This document shows positions 38,350 to 54,063 of a stretch of DNA of 64,000 nucleotides, in pieces. Position numbers and translations under genes: made by a program. The notes under the pieces are model-generated. The model saw only the letters and a list, made by a program, of their open reading frames with translations, was not told the origin of the DNA and ran no database searches. Origin of the DNA: Lingula anatina (lineage: Eukaryota; Animalia; Brachiopoda); assembly GCA_051362555.1 (NCBI GenBank), contig CM120642.1:20894001-20958000 (forward strand), in the 5' to 3' direction. How positions within the stretch are numbered: position 1 is the first letter of the stretch; the number at the start of each line of letters is the position of its first letter.

Positions 38350-41140
38350 AAACTTCCCAAAAATAGACAGGCCCATTTACCCCTAGCCAGCGAGGAGTGT
38401 GATGTTGGACGGAATGCCAATTTAACTAGAAAATATGCCATTTTGGAGCAGTGTAACATTTATTTCTTCATGTTCAGGTAAAGATACTCAAAAATACACA
38501 ATGGCGGATCCTGGAGAGGGTGCAGCAGGCCTTGTGGCCCTGTGGTCATGACTTTTTGGCACTGGCCCCTCATAATACGTATTACCACAAAGCATATATA
38601 ACACATCTGATTGATCACCCCTGCCTCTCTGGATTTAACTATTGTTGAAATCCCTGAAGTGATCAAAATGCACAGAAAATGACTCAAAAGGACAAGTAAA
38701 TTTTTATCATTTTAAACATTTTAGACTTTGGTAAGTGACACTTTTCTTAAAAATAAAAAAAAAAATTATTTACAGTAATGTGCTTAGTTTAATTTTGATA
38801 AATGTACTTTCTTATTGATTATGTATGGCTAGGGTTTGGTACATTTATAACTTAGTCTTAACATTTGTCCTTTTACTTCATCTTATTTGTTCATACAAAA
38901 CGGTGACCACAAGGTTTGAGGAAGTTAATGAGTTTTCAAAACATTTTAACTGGAATTATATATGTCATACAAGCCATGCTCTTGTTTTATTGATATAACC
39001 ATCATTAATTAATAGGTGTAACTGTCAGAGAACAATGCTTCTGTTCCACATAACATATATTACATCATTAGAAAAAAATTAATTCACATATAGGGGGTAC
39101 ATGACTGCCATTGAAAAGAAGTTTTTGTAGTGATTCTTAAAAAATTCTGGCTAATAACTGAGGTGATATTATGTCTTCGGTTCCTGGACACGTACAAATA
39201 CAGATATTGTAACTATGACCACCAATGCCAATTTGTCAACATTAATGTATAAGATGTGGTTTATAGTTTTATTGAGTGTATGTTTCCCTGAACAGGATAT
39301 ATTTGTTTTATTTATCATGATGGAATATTTTATAAACGAGACATTTTAGTTCTATGAAGTGTTACATTTATCAGTTACTAATTATATATCATTGTTTAAT
39401 AGCCGATTTTAATTATTTTGTATTTTTGCTTTGTTGATGAAATAATAACACTCCAAGTGTTCAACCAGTTTAGTGTGTTTTTATGTTCCAAAGTCATCAG
39501 GGGCTTATTCATTTTCATCCTCCAGTGTATTTTGGGTGCATTATTCCAAGTTAAGCTGGATATGTTTACTCCACTGCCTAAATATAAGTCTAACTTCTAT
39601 CCATGGAATAATAAGTGTGGTGTTCAGCTTCTATCCCTGGGAACCAAAAACCCTAGTGATCAGGTGTGGTGGATAACAGGCACAGCAAATTCTGGATATA
39701 TAGGTCTTTAAAGTTGGCATTTTATCAACTCTTTTAAGAAAAAGTCAATTAATCAAAATTACTGTTTATCTAGTTTTTTGTTTTTTGTAATTATTATTTA
39801 AAATGACTAGGTAGTTTATCATACTGGTGTTTTATATGTAAAATGTATAAGCCTTATTGTTATAATTATCAACCCAACACATTACCAAGTTATTGTGCAG
39901 CTGTACCAGTACCCCCCGATTTAACTTCATAACAACATCCAATAGACTGTTGAATACAGGCTTTAATGCTGTTGATGCTATTACAATAGCTGTGGATGTC
40001 CGATCTGTATATATCAAGAACTGGTTGTTCCTGTTGTCTCACAGCTGTAGCATGCATAAAGCACTCTAAACACTGGTATACACAAAGTTAACTGTATAAT
40101 AAGAAGTAAAAATCTACTCTAAAACTAAATACCTTTTCACACTTCTCCAGGGGCTCAGAAACACTTGAAATTACTTCAAACGTTTCTCTTAACCCAAGAA
40201 CAGAATTACATGTAAGTAATTCATTTTTAGAAGATCAATTCTGGATGGAAGCCCACATACATATAAATATAGAACATAGGATAAGAAAAATAACTATGCT
40301 TCATAAAACTTTCAACATCATGTAATATAGCATAGCTTCAAAAAGTTTGAAAAAAGAATTCACTTCATAAATACATCTGGTCTGTAGTTATGTCTGTTCC
40401 TAAAAATGATTCAAAATATGCAATTTCTTCACTTCATGTTCATCATGTGCATGCAGTGATGTTTAAAAAGATTCCAATAGAGTTTGATCCTCTCTTAACC
40501 AAAAGTATTTTTAATGGCAAAAGAGTCATTTTAACATGAAGACTTACTTCTGTGACCTAGGAAAAATATTAATAACTTACAGTTGATTCTTCGCAAACAT
40601 ACTAGTAATCTACTTACTATCCGATTACTCAACAACTTCATCTACAGAAGCTCAGCTAAGTCAGCAGCATCAAAGATCTACATTGAAGTAAAAAAAGATT
40701 TACACTATATTCAGCCATAAATACAACACAAAATTGTTACATTCTACAAAATGTAATACTGTTCATCTTGGAACTGCTGATCTGGTGGGTAAAATAGGTA
40801 TTTTCTTAATACAAATATCATAGCTGTAAGCACAGAAATAAGACAGGCAATGCTACAAAACACTCGAGATGACAGCACAATGAAGCATCACAGCAATAAC
40901 TGGAGCTTCTCAGGAAACATTAAATACTATACTGTTTGACAAAGTATAACTTTGTAAAGTCATAGAATATTAAGCTAGTCTGTTAGTTAACTAATAGCAC
41001 AGTACGACTCCATCCAAAACTCTTGATCAGCCAGCTCTTATTTCCTCTTCCTAAGATTCAATGGTCCTATCAAAGTTTCTGACCAGCTATAAAACTTTCC
41101 CTCCTCGTCCACGCCTAATCTCACTAGCCTGTGCTGCCAC

Positions 41141-44100
41141 CTATTTCTTCTTCCCCTTTCCACTGAGAGTGGCTGCCTGTGCTGCCTGCTGAGCTGCCTG
41201 CTGTGAGGCAATGGTGGCAGCCTTCCTCTTCTGGAACAAGTTGTACTCATCATCCATGGCTTTCTTTTTCTCTTCCAATTTCTTTTTTTCATCTGCATGT
41301 TGCTTCTTTAGGCTGTCAAACTTGGCATGCAACTGAAAACAATATTGGCAAAATACCATGTACAGTAACTTCAACCAAATTGTCTCTTTCCAGTATTATT
41401 TGTCAGACACTGAAATAACAGAAACTAGATAATGGGACAGTACATTATACACATAGTCATTATACAGTAATTCGGATAAATAGATCTAATGGTGTTTAGC
41501 CAGACAGAAGGAGAATGAGTTTTTAATTGAAATTAAATGAAATAAATACAAGGAGTTATATGTTGAACAAATATATTAGATGTATGGCAACAATGACAGC
41601 TACAGTTAATGAGTTGTACAGACATTGATCAGAACACACACAGATACTAATTCCTTAACCACCATGCTATACAATTTCCAGAATACCATCTATAAATGGT
41701 TTTTGAGTTCTCAGTTTCTAGTCCAGTAACTGTTGTAATGAAGATAGATACAGGTGAATTTCTATCAGGGCAGTATATTAAAAATATGGGATGCAACAAT
41801 GGTTTATTGCTTGTAATTTTGTAAATGATTTTGGATAAAAATAAATTGCTGATAAATATTGCAATTTGCTGAAAATTCCAAGAAAATGGTTTTCTTGTTA
41901 TTTTAAAGTTTAACATGTACATTTATGGTTAATCTAAATGAAATAATGACCAACCTCTTTCTCTGATTCCTTCAATTCAGACTCCTTTTCCTTCACTCTA
42001 ACAACAAACATCTGTCTCATCTCTTCCTCCTTCTTCTGAAGAGTGGCAACATGTTCGCTCCTCTTCAGCTCGTAGGTTTCCTTTAAGCTGAAATCACAAA
42101 TTAAATTCTTATGATGGGGTGCAATGACACATATGTATGTTGAGCCTGGGTTGTCAAAAATATCCGCTGCCTAGCTATTAACAAATACAAATATTAAGGC
42201 TTTTTTCTAGGTAAAAGTCGAGGACAGCTGATGAATAAAAAAACAGTGACAATGAATTCATTAAATGCTTATATATTAATATTTTCTTTCCTGACGCAAT
42301 TTATTGTGACTTCACATTTGTTTGGATGAGACAAAAGTTAAAGCTAAAATGAGGTTAGGGTAAGTAAAAACATCAAGCATGAGTGCATGTATATAAATAT
42401 ATATACATATCAGATGTGTTCCAGGTAATTATATGATGCACAAACATCACATTGCCACAACATAGTAGCATTGGAGTACATACCTCCTGCTCTCGCTATC
42501 TGTAAATCCCATTTGCTCCAGTCGACAGCGCCGGAACAGTTCATAATGGCGGCTGTGCGTCTGCTCCACCATGTCTTGCATGTTTGTACGAATCAACATC
42601 TCTCTCAGCTTCACGAAATCACAGTGGTTCTCATTCTCCACTAAAAAAACAAACAACAGTAAGTAATTGTCAATCTGACTGTTCTGCCATAATAATTTTT
42701 TATACACTGTAATGACTCCAAATAACATCACTGTTTTGTTAACGGCAAGAGATGCTTTATTTGGATATTGACAACACAAGCTCATATCAGCATGCCATTA
42801 CATGGTTTTCAGATTAATACCAATTTCTCAGTAATTTGATTGTGGAAAGGACCTTGCAAAGATCAAATGTTCATCACATATACATCTGTTCACAAGAACT
42901 ACGGTAATGATTCAATCTTTTCAACAGGCAAAAATTATCAAACTTTCAGATACATCATAATAAAATCATAAAAATTATATTTTTGTATAGCATTTGTGAT
43001 GCTTTTAATGCATAGAATACAACTATAAGTCTGCTTTTCAATTTTGTTGCAATCACTCAATAGAAATACTCTTATTTTAAGAAATTATGACTTAAAAAAT
43101 ACAGTATCTGTAAAATTCACAATTTTCCCCAATTGAAAAGATCGAGTCATTACCGTAGATGTCCAGTCTGAAGTGACCACTCACCCTGCACAGTGCCCCA
43201 GGGGTATTGTCTTGCCTTCACCATCTTGTTCCCAACTTTGACCTCATCTGTGCTACCAACAACAGCAAAGGGAAGATGTGCCTGGAACATTGTCAATAAA
43301 GCTTCAATACATGCTCTACAGCTTAACAATTGTCAGAAAATCACACGCAAACATTTTGTTTACATTTAAGATTTTGATGGCAGCATGTACAGACATTTCT
43401 CTTTTATGTACACCAAAAAACCCATTGCCTTTCTCATTTAAGAGACATTTAACTTGTTTTTTCACATAACACATAATAAAAGATTCTTAATTACTGAATA
43501 ATAGAATTAGCACTGGTTAGTGACAAACAGCACGCAACTATTCTACTTCCCACTGTGATCAGACATCAGCTACAAACACTTACATTCATGGAAGAGTTGA
43601 GCTCTGCCACCGTTTCGTCATCAGTGGGAAACTGGTAGATCTGAACCCCATTGCTCATCAGCTCACTCATCAGCTGAAATGGAAGAAAAAGGTATGAACC
43701 TTCTTTATACATGTTAATTAATGAGAATAAGATCAAAAAGGGGGAATAATATGGATACAGGCAGTCTTAGGTTTTGAAAAAAAATTTAAGTCGCGGTTAT
43801 GAATAGAATACGATAAAATCTTGCTATTCTTCTAAATAAATATGCAGAATGGTGAGAGTTTTTACCGTCTATTCACCTGTTACTTTGTAATTGCCACACC
43901 TAACTTTTATATGATAACTTGGTGATAAAAGTAAAAAATCCATATTTGTAAATGAAAACCAACAATGTGGTCAGATAATAATAATTAAGATATATTTCAC
44001 CTTGGCTTTGAACTTCTGCAACTCACTCTTGGTGATTGTGTCAGCCTTGGCTATGATAGGAATGATGTTCACCTTACTGTCTAGCTTCTTCATGGTGACT

Positions 44101-45159
44101 AGATCCAGGGCTTTCAGGCTGGAGAAATTACATACTTCAACTCAGTTTTTATTTACAACATCAAAGAAATGTGATGTGCATGATAATCTTGATAAAAAAC
44201 ATGACCTTTTTATAAGCAAAATAACAACAACAACATAATAAGTCATATTATAACACTGTTACATTGTTTATGTGCAATTTCAAGAATTCTGACAAAACAT
44301 TTCACATAACATTGACTTAATGATGGCAACTGCTATCCTGACATTTTCTCTCCAGAGGGCATATCAGTGTGTTACACTTACGAGTGTCCTGTAGGAGCTA
44401 TAAAGTAGAGGCAGGCATGGATTCTGGTGTCGTGGTAGGAATGCAGGGACCTCTTGATTTTCAGCTCCTCCTGGAGGTAAGCCTCAAATTGAGAATTGAT
44501 GTAATCCACTATTGGCTTGAATCTGGAAAAGAACATTGATTGCCTATCTCAATAGCTGTATAGATAGAATTTAATATATAATTTTAATAGCAATAACACA
44601 TATTCAACATAAATATTTTTAACATGCTTCATATTATACACAACATGGTCTTTTATGCTTTATTTAAACTAAGTAATTGCAGGTACTCTAACAATTCTTC
44701 AGGTGAAAAACAAGCAATGTCTCTCCATAGACTTATAGTTAATTATCCTATCTAATATCCATATTTAATGTTATGGGGAAAGAAAAGGTAATTAAAGAGC
44801 AGGTACAACTAACCCAGACATGGGCAATTCATTAACAATAAACTCTTAAAAATGGCCCGTGTGTGTCTACTCACGTGTCCTCCTTGTTGATCTGGTCACC
44901 AAAGCCAACAGTGTCCACATTGGTCAGCTTCAGCCTCACGTTACTCTCCTTCAGTTCTATTAGGAGACAAGACACACTGTTCAGTTATACCTAGATATGA
45001 TGCTTTGACAGGCATATGGACAGCTTACAATCATGTCCACATACATCTCAAGTGTATCTTTTTTTTTTTTTTTGCACAAAATTCAGTTCTTTTGTAGTGT
45101 ACAAATGTAATCCGATGTTTTCTTTTTGGCAGCCCAAGCTGATCACTAACGTGAATGGT

Positions 45160-45230
<71 letters not shown>

Positions 45231-48200
45231 CCAAATCATAAAATGCACTGGTGAAATTATACAATATACAGTAGGTTCTTGCCAGAAGTTGACAGAGTTT
45301 TAACGGTAAATCCTTTAATTTATTAATGTACTTAAAGAAAATGCAACAACAACAGCAGAACTTGTATAAATGCTGGAAATAAAAAAAGTCACTTCAAAGC
45401 AGTATGTTCCAATCTAATGTGCATTTCACTGGTGACAATTCACAAACTGAAGAAAACCTGGTGAAAAGGTCAAAATGCAGTGATCTCCATTTCAATGCAA
45501 AATCCACTAGTAGATTTAAATTTCTCTTCTCTTATTATAATATAACTGGATGAATCAAAATATTCACTTCAATAAAGTACTAGTAAGTAAACATACCCTT
45601 GGCTAATACTGTACAGTAAATACCATGCCAACAAATATACAGAAATGATCTAAGGTTACCTTAAATCTGGAACTGCCACTGTAAACAAGTCACTTACCAT
45701 AAGTATTAGACTTGAGTTTAACCCCAGGCAGATCATGCTTGCTGGGAGTGGAGTCAAAATGAGTATTGAACAGTGTGTCCATCAGTGTGGACTTGCCAAT
45801 GCCTGTCTCTCCTGAAATATGATACAGCACACTCATATAATACATATATATCATATCATACATATAATTTGATAAAATTGTAAAGGTGAATTTTCAGTAT
45901 TGAGTTGAAAAAAATTAAAAATAAAGTAAAGAAGAACTGCAGAAAATATCAAAGATTCAGCAGATACTGTTCCATACCTAGACAGAGGATATTGAAGCAG
46001 AATCCCTGTGACACGGACCTGTTGACCAGCTGGTCAGGGAGGCTGTCAAAGCCAACATGGCCATTCAGCTTCAGGTGACGTGCTTCTGGAGGCTGCAATG
46101 ACATGAAGAATGTGTGGGTTTATATTGCAGAACATTTCACCAGTTCCACCAGGAGCAGTTCAATAACATACCACAGATATTTGACCCTAATGCCGATTTT
46201 TTCAGGAGCATTCTGTAGTTTTTTTTCATTACATACAAAACACTGCTAAGCTAATTAGCTCTCCTTCAGGAAATTTAGAAAAAATGAATGCAAAATTCAT
46301 GTAGACAGAGAACCATCTGCCAAACATTGGCGTGAAAAGACACTCTCTGCCACAGTACGTGTTGATCATAAGTGCCATAATCAACCAGATACAGCAAACT
46401 TCTATTTAAACATCCCAAAAGTAAAAGGTGCTTGCCAAAGTTGAAAGCTACCCTGGCCTAGGCATATTTATATGTTGTTACACAGCTGTTTTAAAAACAA
46501 CTAAATCCTGGCATACTTCAGTTTATATAACAATTATGTCTGATAAAAGGTGCATTTCAAATATGTTATGTTGAAGATTCATGTCAAATCACTGTATAGA
46601 TCTTTAAGAAGTAAATAAGTTATTATACTGATACATCTATGAAGATGTTATATCTAATCCACCTTTAGATATTACATTTTTATAGTTGATCTTCATAGAT
46701 ACATCAGTAGAATAACTTATTTACTGTAAATATGTAATGTGAAACTTTTCTGTCAGTGAAAACTGACATATAACCATATTTAACCAAAGATATTTGTGAG
46801 CACTGATTACTGTACATCATTAAATTTTGGATCAATGCATACAAAATGGCAACAATCACTAAAATATATCTGTCACAACAAATTAAGGTCATAATATAAA
46901 GGCTGCACTGCCACAAGAAATGTCCCATCATGAAAATGAAGTGTTTCAATAAAATAAAATCTGAGGGACATGTAGAGCAACAGGACGTAAAGCAATAGAG
47001 ATGCAGTTCTCAAAGGTGGATATAAATTTCATTTTTTCCTTCAATCAATAGTGCTGTGCATGTTGAGTGTTTTTCCGTCACCTTTGTGAATGTTACTTCC
47101 TGGTTACAATACATGAAACTCTTGACCTGTAGACAATTAAATTTTTTGGACTTGGGTCTTTTCAAATGTCAAATAGTACTTCCTGGTTATATAAATGACA
47201 CTCTTGATGAGCAGACAGTCAATTTTTATTCTAATTATGTTGTATATAAATACAGTTTTTCTTTAAGTCAACAACTCTGTCCTTATCAAGTCAATGTGTA
47301 CATGTCGATCTTATCTATAATTCTCCTTATCAATACTAATGCTCAGAAACTATTTATTTAAAATAGTAGATGACTAACAAATGAATTTCATCTTACTCAC
47401 TCAAAGTTACAATTTATAATTGCTTAAAAACAGCTAAAAGGTTTTCTTTCTGGGATTTTTGAGCTAAATCTCATGTTCCTTGAGAAAAAAAAAGGCAATA
47501 TTATCCTACTCGCAAATCATTGCTTGACTTGGATACTAGCATTGGATTCAGTGCTTTATTCCTAATAAGGTACTAGTAATTTTGTTCTAAATGCCTAGCC
47601 AGACATTTTAAACCACCACAATCTTCTTGACATTTCAGAAGGAAATAATGACAATTATAAGTATTTTTATTTGAGAGGTTTTATTATTTTTAAGGCCAAA
47701 TTTCAGACAAGTAACTTTGCAGGATACTTAGGAATAAAAAAAAAATTCCTTAAGGATATATTCAAAAAGTACTAACATATCTTTAACACTGAAATAGACA
47801 TGACACTTGGATTTTGCTTTTGTTTAAAGCAAATGTTATTGTAAGTTACTAAGACTACCTAATTAAAAAAAAATAGCTGAAGCAGAAAACGTCTCTCTGT
47901 AATAATGTTGGAAATTCTCTACATCTCACTTGTTTTGTTGTACATATCACAATACTGATTATCATAATAATGATGAAATATGGCAAACTTCAAAGATACT
48001 TCCAACCCATACTAGAAGTGGTTTGTCCTGAGTCATCTGCCAACATTCAGATATATTACTATCTTTCCTGACATTAATGATTAAGAAACATTTATTTTGT
48101 CTTCTGTTCTGAAACATGGGCTAAATCAACTAAAATACATCATGTACATCAACTGCATCAACACATATATATACATGTACATATATGTATTGCACAACAT

Positions 48201-49425
48201 GACTTAACCAAGGGTATTGCCATGATAATCTAATCTTGATCTTATTGCTGCAACATACTATGACATCAAACTTGCATATATCATCATAAAAATCAAGTCA
48301 TATTTTTCCTTTCTCACACATGGCAGATGGCAAAGCTATCAAATGATACTGGACCAGATGTTGTCTTCAAATGTGTTTGTATCAATTTCAGAATCAATTT
48401 CTTACAACTGACTTAATTATCATAAAAATATTTCTCTAATTAAATTTCAAGAACTTATTTTAATCATGCATATTATAACTAAATTTTTAAACTGCATAAT
48501 CTTTGTTAACAATTACTAGTAATATGATCAAGTGAGAACGGCAAAATTCTGATAATTCATAGTCTCACTACATATAATTTTAAGTCTCTACCATTTAGCT
48601 TATCATGAATCATGTTTTAAATAAAAAGTATTTTAAAAAAGGACAGGTTAAAATGTGTTAAACATATACATTAACACAAAGTGGACAACCCTGCCTGTGA
48701 AATTTGAAATGCATGGTACTGGCGTTGAAGTTCAAAATTCAGAATACAGACAAACCTGATCCATGGCTTCTGGGCTCCTAGAGAAGACAAAACTACATTG
48801 ACCCAGGCTGTGCAAGCTTACTACTATGCATATTTCATGCATCAAGGTCATATATATTAATGGAACATTACCATAAGGCACAAGCACCAACTACCAGTGA
48901 TAGCTTTGTGGTCACGATTTACATAGACATACAACAAATGATGTATTAAAAGGTATCCTTTAATGCTATCTGTTATGAATCCTACCTGCATGGCGTTTTA
49001 ACACTTAGAAATGTTTTATCCAAGAGTCGTGAGAACAGACTTAAAATACATATCAAAATAGAGATGGTAATCCTTTAATTAAAAATCATTGGTAAAAATG
49101 CAGTAACATATTTCAAAGAAAACACTTTGAAGATCTAATTATTCTTAGTCCTCTAAAGTTGACTCTAAAGACTAATCGAATCCGTCCGCGGGTCCACACC
49201 CACCATAGGTGCCATTTCACATATTTCACTTACATTATCTAAAGATTGTATCTTGACATGAAGGATAAATTCGATTTACAGACTAAAATTAATTAAATAC
49301 CACACATATCTTAATAAACAAATATGAATATTTTCAAATGATCATGAACGCAACATTCTAAGCACCTGCAACTTATTTCTATGAGGAAAACTTACCAAGT
49401 TTCTTTGCACTTCGGCAACTGCCAT
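41141..49425 (-). CDS. SEPT11: Septin, group 1B (co-ortholog of SEPT6/8/10/11/14; Drosophila Sep2-like), 11 exons, 422 aa
   Basis: Minus-strand exons 49396-49425 ([10 protein letters not shown]), 45978-46092 ([23 protein letters not shown]), 45698-45811 ([10 protein letters not shown]1), 44875-44956 (DTVGFGD, G3), 44382-44522, 44001-44118 (AKAD, G4), 43584-43673, 43185-43281 (RQYPWG), 42484-42640 ([16 protein letters not shown]), 41955-42087, 41141-41332 (coiled coil, ends KGKKK*). The symbol is approximate because invertebrates have a co-ortholog of the whole group. Confidence 0.96.
45162..45227. repeat. (AT)n microsatellite in a septin intron
   Basis: Read directly. Confidence 0.95.
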
Positions 49426-49782
49426 TTCTTTGTGAAAAATTACGGAAGCTGAAATATTGTGCTGCGGGACTGATAAACAGTAATATTGAATATGAAAAAG
49501 GCAATATTCAATAATAGAGTAAAGTTATGGACATTATGATTATGTTTCAGTTAAATGTTGAATATGGTTTAATTGATTATGAAATAAATTTGAAACAAAA
49601 AATCTATTTAAACCAATTAAAATTTGACAGCACATTCAGTCCGTTGACCCGGAAATGGATATGGAGAAAGTGCAGAATTATTTCGACCGATTTTGTTCAT
49701 GATATTCTAATCTGATTTGAGTAATTGATCGACTACATTCACGTGGTATCGGGAGCATTCAATTACTTGCAACTCAGTCACT
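49426..49782. promoter_or_regulatory. Putative bidirectional promoter shared by septin and neurobeachin
   Basis: Divergent ATGs only 357 bp apart. CpGs are retained locally. ETS-like CGGAAG at about 49443 and CCGGAAAT at about 49649, E-box CACGTG at 49740-49745. Confidence 0.75.
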
Positions 49783-52700
49783 ATGACCAGTGAGAGTTCG
49801 CAAGTGTATGCATCGCCTGCGCAGGAGGCAAAGACGGTGGAGGAGTTGCTCAAAATGCCGGGTAGTACCGAGGTCAAATTTGGAGTTTTGATCGGGTTAA
49901 TTAAAGTAGAGCAGGTGACAAATAAAGAAGTCGTGGATACATTGCTTCACTTGGTAAGTTACGTAATATAGCGCACCTATGGTTCATAGGTCAAGGGATT
50001 TGTCTGCCAAACTATTTTATTTCAGAACAGCCGCAGATGCAATGATTTGACCTACCTGTGCCGGCAGGTGGGTCATTGTGATAGTTTAAAAGGAAAACAA
50101 GCAATGTCTGACATTAGGAATATTAAATAAGACTTTCCTTTATTTTTAATAAAATATAGCAGGGTCTGTTGGGTTTATTTTTGTTTGAAAACATAGAAAT
50201 TGACTTCAAGATTATTATATATTATTTTGTTTCTGTTTGTACAGTGCACGTTATAGATTTTTTACTTTTGTTCAGCATCAGTACAAGGAGTTATTATTGG
50301 ATTTTTGCTGCTGACACTGTTACACTTGAACCAAGTCAGATCCAAAGTGCTGTTCTCAACAGCATATTTTGTTAATGAGAATAAACTCGCTGTCATTGTC
50401 AGCATGTTGCATGTCATCTACAAGTGCATTTTGAGTTTGTGAGAAAAAATACCTTAAAAATTGTTCAGTTATTCAGCATGGTGCCCCTCAATGTTGTGTT
50501 ATTTTCTTGTCTGTACCATGTAGAAAAGCCCTTAGAGAAATCCTCTTTAAGTGTGTCTGACATTGACAAGGGATTGAGAAATAATAACAGCTACTTAAAT
50601 TGACTGTCTGGACAGGAACAGGGCTCATTATTTGAATATTGGTGCATAAAGACTCTTTGATTGTTTGTTTGGGGTGGGTGGGTTGGGGGAGGGGAGGATC
50701 ATTTGCCAAATGTTAAGAAATGCTTTAAATTACAGATTGTACACTGCATGCCTAATATTTACTAGAAAAAAGTTTTAAGAAATATTAATCGGTTGGTTTT
50801 TAGAGGGAAAATTGACATGAGGTCATATCTTAAAACTTCATCTTTGAAATATTTGCTCCCTTAGGGATTATTTTGTTGGCTTAAAAAGAAAGGTAACAAA
50901 CAAAAAGATCAGTTGCTACTTTTCAGTGTTAAGAATTAGTTATTTGTCTCATTCTGGTGTGACAAACAATTGGGTATCTTGTCAGTGTCCCAGTTACAAC
51001 AAAACTTTCTGAGTGGGTACATTTGTTAACTGCTATGAGAGTTGTATGTGACTGGATGTGTCATTCACTTTTATCATATTTCAATCTTTCCCAGTTTCAA
51101 CTGACTGTTGATTTATGTCACTCACATGTCTGCCCAGAGTGTCCGTGTCAGCAGATGCAAAAAAAGTTTAGCTTACTTTGCAAAAAATGGCCCTTTACAT
51201 GGAGTTTTATGCTCTTGGCAAACAATTTTCTGCTCTGATATTTAAGATAAGTATAGTTAACATGGAAATAAACATTAGCATTGGCAAGGCATATTCAGTA
51301 GTATGGTAAATCTTCCTTGTCACTTAGCTTCAAGGAAAAAATTATGATCAGTATCCATTTATCATTCTAAGATAGGCCATCATAGGAATGTGCCCAACAT
51401 GGAGGCATTCACGTGCCGGGCTATTGTCTGTCTGCATGGCTTAAGTCTGGTGCACTATTTGATAGCTGCATCTTATGATACAGATATTTACAGGTTATTG
51501 ATTGGGGCACATGTTTGGACTCGATATCAGGCTATAAGATGTGTTAGCCTGACATATTTTCTGTGTATTATTTGCCCTAGTTACTGGGGGTTATGATCAG
51601 ATAGCACAACCACTGCAGCCTAATGCTGTCTGTGATGGGCAGTACTAAAGATGGACTGTTTTATACCTTTTAAGTGTTTAACTCTATGAGTGTTCCCATA
51701 ATCCTGTCATACTAGCTGAATTGATCTAACTCCTTTGGGATCTTGCTAAATTGCATACAGTTTAAGTGACTTAAATATACACTCTGATACGCCCCTCATA
51801 ACTTAAAGTACTTGCCAATGGGTGAAGTTTGGAAAACTCTGTGGTTCAAGATGTTGTTCTTGTTGCTTTACAAGGGGGGCGTGGCTGATTACAGTGACTG
51901 TGCCTTACGTAATGAGAATATCTGCTGAGATAGACAGATCCTGCTAGTATGATAATAGTGATAATAGTGTGGGAATAGTGTGGGAACTTTAAAGTTTCTG
52001 CCAAGGGAGGAAATTAAAAGTACGATAAAACGCCTAAAACAATTAGATACGCTAATTTAGTGAAGTGGAGATACAGACTAAACTGAAATTAAAGTTATCA
52101 GTTTCAACTGATTATCTCTTGTTTGCTTCAAGATTCATGCCCTTATGTTGTAGTTCTGTATTTTCAATAATACTGCAGTATACTGGGACCAGTTTCACAA
52201 GGAATACTGCGAAACATTCAATTTATCTTCCAGTAGTTGGTTATATTACCATGTTGAGCACAGTTTGGTGACAGCCAACTGTCCTTTTATAATTTAGGTT
52301 ATCCTTGGTGGGTTGTTGCCATTTTAAAATGAAGACAGATATATTCAGATTATCTGTGTTGTCACTGTTGATCCATGTTGTTGCTGATGCTGTTGCAGTC
52401 CAGCACATTTGTTTGTCCAAAACTGCCAAACTTTTCATTTTATAAAATCAAAAATGTACAGAGTAAACTGTATGCTTCAGGTTACAGGTTCAGTTATTGG
52501 ATTTTATTGGTTTGCATGTGTTTTTGCACTAAGTGCCTAAATGCACATATTTGTGTTTTACTTAAAATATAAGACAGGACTTGTTTGTGTATTTTTGTGA
52601 CATTCTCTGCATCAGTGCCAAACCTTATTGTTTTACTTTGAATTTTCTTATTTAATGAAAAGGTTGGTTGAGTTTGAAAAAAAAATCATGATTGGTTTAA

Positions 52701-54006
52701 ACTAGTTTTGTATGTATTTGCCAGCCCTGATGTTTTGTTCTGTGACACTACCTGACATATTGAAAGAGAAATTGTATATTGTTATTGATTGATTATTTTC
52801 CAGTCACTTTACAGGTAAACAAGGGACTGTCCTGTTGGACAATGAGCACAGCACAACATCAACATGTTGAAAGGAAATAAAAAGTAAAAACGGTCAATTA
52901 GGAAATGTTTTTTTAATGGGTGATTAAAACTTTTCTCAGCCTGATATAAGACAGAAACGTAGCTTTTTGATCTTCTTTTTAAAGAATAAACCCTCCCAAT
53001 GGCTAGCGCTGTGTATAGGCTACATTCAGAACTTAAGGTATTTTTTCTGCCTACATTACCACTTTAAAGTATGAGATCTTTTATTCAGTTTGAATTCAGT
53101 TTCTTTAATAACAGGCTTAATGTTTTAGTAGAGGCTCTACTTTAAAAATGTCACTGTCCTCAGGTATGTCTTCTCACCTTGAATAAAGTCAATATATTCT
53201 TTTGAATTATACTTGCACTTGTATTTTTCAAAAAAGAAAAAAAAAGAATAGATAAGTAGAAAGATAAAAAAGTTATCAAGTCTAATGCTCATATCATCAG
53301 GTTTTACTTCAGCTAAAGTACAGCACAAATAAGAACCTATCGTATTTTATCTCACTAAGCTGAAAAATAATGATGGACTGTTGGCTTGCTGCACTGGGAT
53401 TTTCTTACAAAATTCCTTCAGTAGTGTGTTCTTTGGGAGATATCTTTGGGAATAATAACACAAGTGGATATAATTCTCTTTGAACAGGATAGTGTTTCCA
53501 TGCTGTAGTCTCACAAATGTATCTATTAAAGAACACATAAATCTTCACTATTGAATGAAATTGCTATGAATAAATTTGCTCTTTCAGTGCCGGACATCTT
53601 TTTGGCAATAGCTCATGAAATCACTGAATCATTTGAATGGGTTTGAATCCATATAATAATTATTAAACTTAATGGAAATTTGTTAATAAGGGAAATGAGG
53701 TAATTGTCAAGTTACAACATGCAAAAGCAATCTGGAAATGCAGTTTGGTTTTGAATTAAGATGCTGTGTAATGGGTCCATCATTTGGCATTACAGCACCA
53801 GTCATAGTAGTTTAATTTCAAGTCAAATCCAGCCAGTACTTGGTAGAAAATTTAACTAATCAGTTGTGAGAAATATTGCTGTATAATGGATTCACCATTG
53901 TCTGTTCACATGTAAAAGCCACATTAATGCATTGCCCGTATCCGCAGCTATTATTTACACAAAGGTCATTCTCATAATGGTCTAAAAGGGAAACTGTAAC
54001 AGATAT

Positions 54007-54063
<57 letters not shown>

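Noticed and set aside
41038-41418. Alternative-frame and antisense ORFs over the last septin exon
   Set aside because: Shadows of the Lys/Glu/Gln-rich coding exon.
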